Of a stretch of 64,000 bases of DNA, positions 54,780 through 64,000 are shown piece by piece. The number at the start of each line of letters is the position of its first letter. Positions within the stretch are counted from its first letter, which is position 1. The position numbers and the translations under genes were made by a program. Source of the DNA: Camelus ferus (lineage: Eukaryota). The stretch spans positions 64,048,001 through 64,112,000 of the forward strand of contig NC_045707.1 of assembly GCF_009834535.1 (NCBI RefSeq), in the 5' to 3' direction. A model generated the notes under the pieces. The model did not search any database and had not been told where the DNA came from. It was given only the letters and a program-made list of their open reading frames with translations.

Positions 54780-56500
54780 TGATCATTAGTGATTAATGTT
54801 CAATATTATGCTTACACCTCCTGTTGTTTACCGTCTAGTTAAATTTGTATCTGATCACTCCCTACTTGTTAAATTGTCTCCTGATAAATGTTAGACACTT
54901 CTCTTTCCTTCCAACTTTAAAGGATGAACACTTTGGTGTGCTTATATGTCCCTCTTTCCTACCTCTTCTCCAAAACTGTACTGAAAACCTGCCAACTGTC
55001 CTAGGACTTTACGCGGGCAAGTTTTACAGCATTTGAATTCTTTGCCATTGTTATAAACAGAGTTCTCATGCTATAAATTGAGGCTTTCCATTTCTGTAAA
55101 TTGAATTTAAGATAGAAGATAATAAGAAGCATTTAAAATATGATTATGTATGTATTTCTATGTGTAAAAGTCCACAGAAAAAGAAATAGAATCTCATCCC
55201 TAAATCCATACTGTTTGGAAGAAGATGCTCTAAGCATAGAAGTCAGGTAAATTCCCTTTTCTCAGATGCCCATCGCCCCAATGACATTTTACTGTGCTTC
55301 TTACTTGGACCATCAACTTCTTCTACAGTTTTTTTTATTCTTCTTAGAGTTTCTAAATGCCTTCTGTGGTTTTTGTGGGGTTTTTTGGAAAGAATTGGTG
55401 CCTTAAGAAAACTATATTCCTAAAATGATTTGGTTTCTTAATTATACTCTTTGTTAGATGCACCAGTACGTGTCCTGGGCTTCCTGTAGAGGCGTCATTC
55501 TGGGTTCTGTTGGATCTTATGTTTTCTGTTTTGGTTTGTTCGTTTCCTGTTAAATTTAACTGTAGTACATCTTCAAGTAATTCTCTCTTCACAGAAAGGG
55601 AGATAAACCTACTGATTATCTGGTTGTATAAAAATATCTTTATAACTTCTTTACAGTTTGAAAATTTGTTGAGGCACAGAATTCTAAGTTGAAAATAATT
55701 TCCTGTTTTCTTTATGAAGGCGTTTTTTCATTAGTTTCCAACATTCAGTGTGGTCCGAGGAGAAATGTGATACTAATCTGGTTTTGCTTCCTCATAGGTA
55801 ACTTCTTTGCTCCTCTGAATACTTTTTGGTCTTTTTTTTTTTTTTTTTTTTTTTTGGTCTTGATATTCTGAAGTTTTGTATGTGCCTAGGTGTGGGTCTG
55901 ATTTTATTTATCTTGCTCTGTAGCCAGTGAAACATTTTAATTCGAAGACTTTTTTTGGTTCTGACAAGTTTTATGCTAGTATTTCTTTTATTGTTTCCTT
56001 CTCTTAATTTTATATTTTCTTTGTTTCTGGAACTCTTCTAAGTGGAAGTTGGATATCCTTGATTGATTCTCTATCTTTTGTCATTTTTCTCTCATTTTTT
56101 AATAATTACACCTTTTTAATTTGTATATATTACCTTGACCTTTTTTTTCCAGCTTTCTATTGAAAATTTATCTTGTTTATCAGATTCTTATTTTCCAAGA
56201 GCTCTACCTTCCTCATCATTCCTTTTTAAGCCTTTTCTTTATGTGTTATTAAAACCTTCCTTGATATCACTGACAATATTAATTTAAAATTCCCTCAACT
56301 GGATCTGAGTTATTTCTGTTTCCTCCAGGGTCAGTTCTGTTTTTTTGCCATGATCATTTTCTTTGGTGTTGCCGGTCCTCCTTGTATGTGTGATGATCTT
56401 GGTTTTCTATTCTTATCTGTGAATGAAGAATGAGGTTTGATTCAGACAGATGAGTGCTTTGGTGTTCACCTGACTTTACTAGCCTGTGTCCTGAATGAGA
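54780..56500 (-). mobile_element. Very old L1ME/HAL1-like fragment
   Basis: T-rich antisense LINE-like text (agaattctaagttgaaaataatttcc, gtgcctaggtgtgggtct). Confidence 0.5.
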
Positions 56501-59373
56501 GAGTTGACTTAGCTGTGTGACAGTTTGTTGATCTCCTGCTGGGTTGTTTAGGCTTGGAGCAAGAAAGCAGAATTCTCCACCCCCATCCCCCACAAGGCTT
56601 GCCAACACAATGAGGGCTCTAGTATGTGGCTTCACCTCCCAATTTGGAAGCCTTAATTCCTTTAAGGCAGATAGCTCGATTTCTTCACAGCACAGTTTAA
56701 TGCTTTAGCTCGGGTGCCTATGACCCTGCTGCACACAGAGTGGGAGAGTCAGGCAGCGTAGGTATTCTGCAAACAGTTCTTCAACCCATCGCCCTCTTTT
56801 CTCTCCATCTTACCTTTAACTCGCACTCTCTGTTGATTCTTACTTCTGCTGTCTATCGGCTGCCTGGAGTGGGATAGGGCTAGAAAGAGAGCTTAGTCAC
56901 GAGGAATTCTACCCTGCTGGTGTTTTCTTCTGAGGATCCCTAGGCTGGTAATGACCAAGGTTCCTTAGTATATTTTTGGCCCCAGTTAAACCAGGTGGTC
57001 ATTAGGTTTCCTTTCAGCCTGGTTCAGGTAGCATGTCTGGTCAGTTCTCCTTTTCTGCCTACACCCAGAGAACACAGCTTTGGAGTCTCCTGACACCCAG
57101 ATGGGAATCTTGGCAAGCACATCTCACTGACGAATTAATCGGTGAAATGTCCTACTGCAGAATTCTTAAGTGGCCTGCTCTTTATGTTTCAAACATTGTC
57201 TGAGGAAACCTGACATGGAGACCTGCAAATTCAGCTTCGTTTAAGAGAGGTGTGGAGTCACCCAGAGGCACAGGGAGGCTCCCAAAGCGGTCCTTTGGAA
57301 CGTAAGCTGTGCTTTGGGGCAGAGAGAAAGAACTCTGCATATTAATTAAAATGAAACAACTTGATTCCAAGAATGCACGCACTTAAATTTTTGTCGCAGC
57401 CATTTACAGTGACCCTCTCTCAGTGATGTACGTGGGCCTTTATGAACAAAACAGGAATGTTTGCCAAATGGTATTTTTAGGAAGCATTTAATGAGTGCCA
57501 GTATGCCTGCAGGACACTGAAATGGGAATAGCAAATGTTGCATTTTATTGATGTCAGTAATAGCTTGTAAACCTCAGACGTGACTTCACACCCAGAGGTT
57601 GCTTCACTGCCCAGAGTGAAAAGCCATTTTCAAGGGAACTCCTGGCATCCGTTTTAAGAGAACTTGGTGCATGGCCGCGCTCCGAGGCTTCGTGTGAAGG
57701 GCAGAAGTGGCGGCTGGGGAGTACGTAAGCCTCTCATCTCTGGGGGTCTGAGTTATAGCTGAGCCTTGCTTTGGCCACGAGAGAAGACTGACTTGGTTCA
57801 TTCTCTCCCTGCTTAGCCTCATTGGAAAACCACCACCCCAGCTGGCTCGGTTCGCTCCAACTGGCAGTGTCTGTTGGAGGGGAGGCCAGGGGCTGGGTAA
57901 ACAGGGCCTGGCTGAGGTGTGCTGGCTCTGCCGGTGGAACCCAGCCTGCCACCTGCCCGGACTTGTGCTCGCTTCAGGCCAAATGCTACTAATCCTTCTC
58001 CATCCTGAGCGAGAGGTCCACGTCAAACTTTTCTTCATCTTGAAAGTAATTCATTAGGTATTTGCTCTTTTGAAGTTGGAATCAGCAAAGGTTTAAAACC
58101 TGAGACTGATTGGTAAGTAGAGTTGTTGACTGTGACGGGGTCCCGTTTTTGAAAACATTTTGTTTTCATCTCCCTGGGGTTTCCATGGAACACCCACCCC
58201 TCACCCCGCGCCCCTGCCCCAGCCATTAGCGTGTGATGGTTCTTTTTTGTTTTGGTTTGGTTTTTTGGACTGGAAGTAAGGTGTGAGTGTTTAAAGTTTT
58301 CCACCTGAGACTTTAGAAATAATGAGAAGAGTGGAAGGTTCTGAAACAGCTTATGAGGAAATAACGGATTATTGGTGCCATAGGACCGGGAGATGTTGAC
58401 AAGTTCTGCTCCCTCTGCACCAGGAATCCTAAGGAACGTCCTGCTCCAATAACAGTATGAATCTAGCAAGCTGTTATATTTGAGACAGAAGGCTTCTAGG
58501 AGGCTCTTCTGCGGCTCCACCCTGGAGCCCCCACTCAATCCCAGGCCGGTCCACACTTCCTGTCCTTTTCTTTTGTGGCCGCCATCAACCACTGCATCCT
58601 CCCACCTCTGCCCACCTGGCCGCTGCTCTTGAGCGTAAGCACGTTGGCCCTTTCAGTTCTAGAAGGATCTCCAACTAGCTTCAAACCTCCTTAAATCGTA
58701 TCAGAAAGTTTCAAAGCTTTCTCTGAAAACAGAGTAGTAAGTCCCAACGATCAGCGAAGCAACGGGAAGGAATCTTTTTTAAATGTTGGAATAAAAATAT
58801 GCAGGAAACATTAATTTTTAGCATTTTAAGGTAATGCTTGATTGTCCCTTGACAGAAGTGTTTTTTAAAGATAAGGTGTGAATGATCCATCATTCACTTG
58901 ACTGCTCCAGTTCTGCCAGTTGGGCAGGGAGAGTAGAAACATCTAAGAAGCCGAGATTAAAGCGGCTGGAACCCACAGAGAGTACAGAATCTCTGAGGCT
59001 CCATTCTGTGATGCACTGGAGGCAAATAAGTAAAGATGGAAGATATGTTTCTACCAGCAACCTAAAAGACAAAAATGTTTCTGGAGAGGCTTTGCCTCTG
59101 AATGCTCTTTTCAAATTCTCACAGCAGAGTAGCAGGAGACTAGAGGAGAAATCAGAGTTCACACCTTAAACCTCACTTCCGTCTCTAAGCCTTTTGTCAC
59201 CAGGGAGCCCCCAGGGACTGCTCCCCGCACTTTTGAATTTAGATCTCTACCACACACTATTCAACAAATGATTATCAAGCACCATCTATTTACTAGGTCC
59301 TGGTCTAAGTGCTGGGGTTACAGTGGTGAGTAAGGTAGACGTGGGCTCAGCTTCTAGGGGCAGAGACAGCCTA

Positions 59374-59887
59374 TGTGTTCTCAGTTTTATCCTCCTTGCA
59401 AGAGTCTGAGTTTCATCCTATTTGCAGGCTAATAAGTTAGCCTGCCACAGCTTTGTGAATGCTGTTAGAAGAGGCGAGATGCCTGGATCAGACATAAAGG
59501 ACATTTTATTACTCGGAGTAATAAAATGCGTCAGCATTTATGGGCAAGTTCCTCAAGCCCCAGTTCTCGCAGGGTGAGTGTGAAGAGGGCCAGATGACAC
59601 CTGCAGGGGCAGAAGGGGAACCCTCCTGCTTAGGAGTTTCAGAGCCTGAATTCATAATTAGCAGGAAGCATGCCTGTCCTTTATTTCAGAGAGAGGCATT
59701 ATCTTTTATTACGCTGGAAAGTAAGCATGCCTGCCCTTTTCCCCAGAGGGAGACCCTATCTCTGCCTTCCAAGACTATTCACTATATAAACATCCTTGAA
59801 AAGGTGGTCTGGAACAGAGAGCAGTCAGTGCCTCATTTGCGAGACATGCAGAAACAGGAGAGACCCTTGGAGAATTCTTTTCCAGCA
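59374..59887 (-). mobile_element. ERVL-type solo LTR (MER74/MER77-like)
   Basis: gcaggctaataagttagcctgc, ttttattactc, diverged internal duplication aagcatgcctg...tatct, tccttgaaaaggtggtctggaac; ends in ca. Confidence 0.6.
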
Positions 59888-61321
59888 GTTCACAGCCATG
59901 GTCTGATTCGCTGGATTTGAGACAGCTCTGCCTACAGGAGTGAGAAGTAGTTTTTTTCACACGCCGTCTCCTGGGGCTTATGGGTGTGACCATAACCCTA
60001 AAAGGGGCATGTCTTTGGGTAGGGCAGAGGAGGAGCAGGGCTGAGCCGTGGAACTCTCTGATGTGTTGATTCAGTTGGCAACTTGCAGAAAACTCCTCAG
60101 TCCTGTGACAACTTGAAACAATAACTACACGTCTCATGGTGAGAAGTGTTGGGCCGCAGGTATCAGCCACCAGGGTGACCAGGCAGCCAACCCAGGGTGG
60201 GGGCTGAGGGACTTGGAGGAAAGATGGGAGCCAGTCATGGAATAATTGCATTGAAAAAAACCCTTTTTGAAGTGCATTAGTTTAAATAAATCTCTCATGT
60301 CGGCCAGGATTTATTTTATTTAAGCCTGATATACAAGAATTTAGAAACAGCCGTGTGGATTTTTCTTGAAGGTTGGTAAAAACAAAATGTGCTTCTAAGC
60401 TCTCTGCCAAGTTTCAGCCTTAGTTAATTTTTATGGATGAGTTTAAACTCCTGAAAAACCAATGTATAATAGAAGCACTGATGTAGACACTGACTAAACT
60501 GTAAAAACACGTAGTGGAAGCTGAGGTCAACATCACAGAATTTTGCAGGAAGAATTTGATACAGGTGCATTTGGTATGATAATAAATTTGAAACAGTAGT
60601 AAAATGAAGTAAAAATAAGAAATTGATTACTACTGGTGGGAAAGATGTATAAAATGAATTGTAATGTCTCGTAATCAGAAATCCAAGAACACAGGATGCA
60701 TACTTCCTGAAATGCTCAGTGCGTATCTGTCTGGAGTGACGGATTGACCTAAAGCAAATTGTTGTTGAATTCTTGGACCTTCCTGTCTGAATTCTTCCTC
60801 ACTAATACTGTTGACAACATAGTAGCTGCATAGCTGACTTTCCAGGCTGTGGAGAAGAGGAGCTACTGTGTATCTGATTAGTCTTATTTAATTTTTTAAT
60901 TTTAATCCTCCTTATTCCCATGTATACATTACATTCCCATATATGTGCCAGATGTGTGCTGGAGAACAGTATTTGTGTTTAATTTTTTTTTTTAACATCT
61001 GCAGAGTGCTTTTGCTACACTGTTGTGTTTGATCCCATTTGTTCCTAAGAGTTACACTTTGCATAGAGGAATTATTATCTCCTTTTTTACAGAAGGAGAA
61101 ACAGAGACAGGTAGCACCTCAGTGATTGCCTAGAGCCATATGGCTGGTGAGGGCAGGGGATAATGAATGGTCCAAAAATACTCCGGCTTGGTTCCTCTTG
61201 AAATAACACCATTATGTAAACAGCTTATTTACTTGGTGAGATAGCAATTTCTAGTTTAGATGACTGTTACAATGGAATTAGCACCATTAAAAAAGGAATA
61301 AAAATATGTAAATCAGCAAAC

Positions 61322-61322
<1 letters not shown>

Positions 61323-61353
<31 letters not shown>
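61323..61353. repeat. (AC)n microsatellite
   Basis: Seen directly. Confidence 0.98.
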
Positions 61354-61354
<1 letters not shown>

Positions 61355-62119
61355 GTCTTCTGTGGCTCAATTTTGTAAGAGGAGAGATTAGGCCAGTTCT
61401 CTCAATGCTTCAAAAATAAAGGAAAGGGGAAAATTAAAGGGAAAAAAGGATGCCAGGCAATGCTTGAGATTCTTTTTGGACCTAAACTTCTGGCCTATGA
61501 AAACTTAAGAAGTGGGGCAAAACTGCTGGACAACTTAGCAAATAGAATTAGAAAACTGTGTAACATGATCATGAATTTTTAAATCTTTATGCAAAGAAAG
61601 TTGAAGTCAAAAGGGATATAACTGCTCTAATTCTTCTTCTATAAAGAGAACGGTGACAGTCACAAAACACAAAACAGAGACCACAGAGATCCATTCCACT
61701 CATGCCTCTGTTTCTGATAGTGACCAAGGGCTAGATTAGCCAAATCCATTGTTTTCTGCCATGGCTATGGTAAACTTTCAAATGGAAGTCCTCCTTCTCT
61801 TTAACCCCTCCCTCCATCTACAAGACAGAGAAATATGAAAGGCACAATTTGCCTCATCCTGAAGGTGGGAAAGGTGGAAGTAAGTTGAAATTTAATAAGC
61901 CTTTTAGGATTTGCCAAAATTTGCAAATACTATCATGGCTATTTGCGTGGTTCCCTGCTCCCAAATATATGTGTTACTAGATATCCTAGGACTTACAGTT
62001 TCACCAGTGGATTTATTATTTTGGGTTTTTAGTGCCTTTGGGTCACTGAGAATCTCTGTGGGAGGAATAATACACCCAGTATGAGGTTTGACACACAGTG
62101 AATGCCCAATAAATGCTTT

Positions 62120-62290
62120 TTTAAAAAATATTTTATTTATTTTATTGTACTATTTAATTACTTTATTTTGGTGGGGGGTAGGGAGAGGTAATTAGGTTTT
62201 ATTTATTTTTAGAGGAGGCACTGGAGATTGAACCCAGGACCTTGTGCATGCTAAGCATGCGCTCTACCACTTGAGCTATACCCACCTCCC
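62120..62290 (-). mobile_element. tRNA-Ala-derived SINE, Vic-1-like (camelid)
   Basis: Minus strand gggtatagctcaagtggtagagcgcatgcttagcatgcacaaggtcctgggttcaatctccagtgcctcc with A and B boxes, followed by an A-rich tail. TSD core cccaataaatg at 62105-62115 and 62291-62301. Confidence 0.9.
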
Positions 62291-64000
62291 CCCAATAAAT
62301 GTTTTTAAGTGGAAGTTTTATTATTTCTTATGAGGATGAGTTGACAGCTACATGAGAGAAAGTTAAGTCCTCAGTTAAGCAAACAAACAGTTCCTCAGAG
62401 GCCAGGGGAGAGGATGTGGAAAATGAGAGAAAGCACCAAAAAGCCCTTTGTTCAGTTTACAGATTCACTGAGGTTTCCCATAAATAATGTGTCAGGACTT
62501 ACTTTCTCTTCCTTTTTTTCTTCCTCCTTTACTAATTTTTCACTTTCAGCTCATCCTTCTCCATTCCTTTTCTTCCTCATATCTAAAATAAAAAGACAGC
62601 CCTCCGTTTGTTTATGAGAGAGAACTGCCTGAGAAATCTCTCTGAGAAGAGTAGACCGCTGATGGTATGGAGGGTTTTTGAACAGCATAGGAGGCAGGGA
62701 TTGGCCAGCTTTGAGAGGTGTACGTGAGTTGACATCGTCTGCTTAGGCATGATGACTCAGGTGAGATCGTGGCTGACTTGCTGGCGTTCAGAGGCATGTT
62801 TCTTAGGGTGAATCTGTTTCTCTTCAGCTGACTTTTTGAAGTGAGAACTATTATTGATTGGCTGGCTGGCAAAAGCATGTTAACTGAAGCAAAATTGTCA
62901 CTGATCAGTTAAATACGTGTAAGAGTGGTCCTGATGGCTACCTGCTACCATAGCTAATGAACAATCACTCTTTTCCCCCAAGATTCTGAGAACATTTTTC
63001 TTTGCATTCTCCCTTGTTAGTCCTTATCAGATAAAGCTGCAGGAAGATTGCCAAGATATTGACTGCTAGTGGTTTATTCTCATGAAGATGAGATTTCATC
63101 TTTGATGAACCTATTTTCATCCTGTTTTCACTTTTGAATCAGTTGTTAAGTCATCTGTTTGGACAGTGGCTGTGGAGAATCATTTAAGAAAATGAGCTAC
63201 AAACACTGAATAACTGTGGCACAAACAAGTATAACTTGAAGTGTTAAAAAAAACGGGGGCGGGGGCGGGGGCTACGACACATTCTGGAATCATGACTCAA
63301 GATTTCTCGGTCCTGGTCAGGAAAATAACAATTCTGTGGGTCTCATTTAAAAAGTCAGAATACTTTTTCTTTTAGCTTATAGACGGTTCCTTCTCACCTG
63401 TGTTAATCCAGGGATAACAAGAAGTGGAAGCAATGGTGTAGAATGCCCCAAGTTGACATGAATAAATAAAGAAACAAACAAACACATAAACACACACACA
63501 AATAAATAAAACCCTAGGTTATTGTCACGAATTAAGGAATTGAACTGACTTCTTGTGCTCTCATTCCCTGAGCTGATTTGTTACTATGTCAGTGAGGAAA
63601 CACATATTTTTCATGATTACACCAAGCTGTCTAGCCCTAATGGATGGAGTCCTTATCTTCAGGAGAGTTATTATTTATTTCCCTAGTTATTTTTTTGCTG
63701 TGTTTTTATTAAAAAATAAAAGATACTTTCATGGAAAATCTGATTTAAGAACAAAAAAAGAAAATTATATAATATTAGACACAGTAAAGAAAATATAGCC
63801 ATAATATTAATAAAATTAATACAACTTTAGAAATGTCTTGTGGAATTGTCTGGTTATAAATGAAAAGTATATTATATAATTTATTAGGTAATTTATCAAG
63901 CAAAATATAAATACCATATTTGCCCTAGAAAAGATAAAAAGCCTAAAAACATCAATTGCTGTAGAAGAAATTAGAAGTGTTGTTATTTCTAATTTCTAAT

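Noticed and set aside
57965..57975. gtgctcgcttc matches the first 11 nt of U6 snRNA
   Set aside because: Similarity stops there, with no TSD or tail; compatible with chance.
58882..59169. Overlapping 95-aa and 90-aa ORFs on both strands
   Set aside because: No recognisable domain and no convincing flanking splice signals.
62210..62285. Apparent tRNA-Ala gene
   Set aside because: It has a SINE tail and TSD and a mismatched acceptor stem; it is a tRNA-derived SINE.

Overview
Mammalian, AT-rich, repeat-rich genomic DNA with no recognisable intact protein-coding exon, RNA gene or prokaryotic feature. A tRNA-Ala-derived SINE resembling the camelid Vic-1 family (62120-62290), together with no obvious Alu, B1, Bov-tA/BovB, PRE-1 or CanSINE copies, suggests a camelid (camel/alpaca/llama). 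The window reads like a long intron or gene-flanking region, possibly transcribed from the + strand; the host gene is unidentified. It is dominated by L1, L2, MIR, MaLR/ERV solo LTRs and hAT DNA transposon fossils. The only ORFs with clear homology are fragments of L1 ORF2. The best-supported notable structures are: (i) a young 5'-inverted (twin-primed) L1 with a TSD and an almost lossless inversion junction; (ii) a short processed-mRNA 3'UTR retrocopy nested in a TSD-flanked L1; (iii) two further probable inverted L1s; (iv) two perfect palindromes that look like template-switch products; (v) a 24-bp minisatellite next to a consensus splice donor; (vi) a TATA-plus-donor candidate alternative first exon. 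I found no convincing evidence of a novel multi-gene system. Repeat family names are by eye and need RepeatMasker/Dfam confirmation; boundaries of old repeats are approximate.
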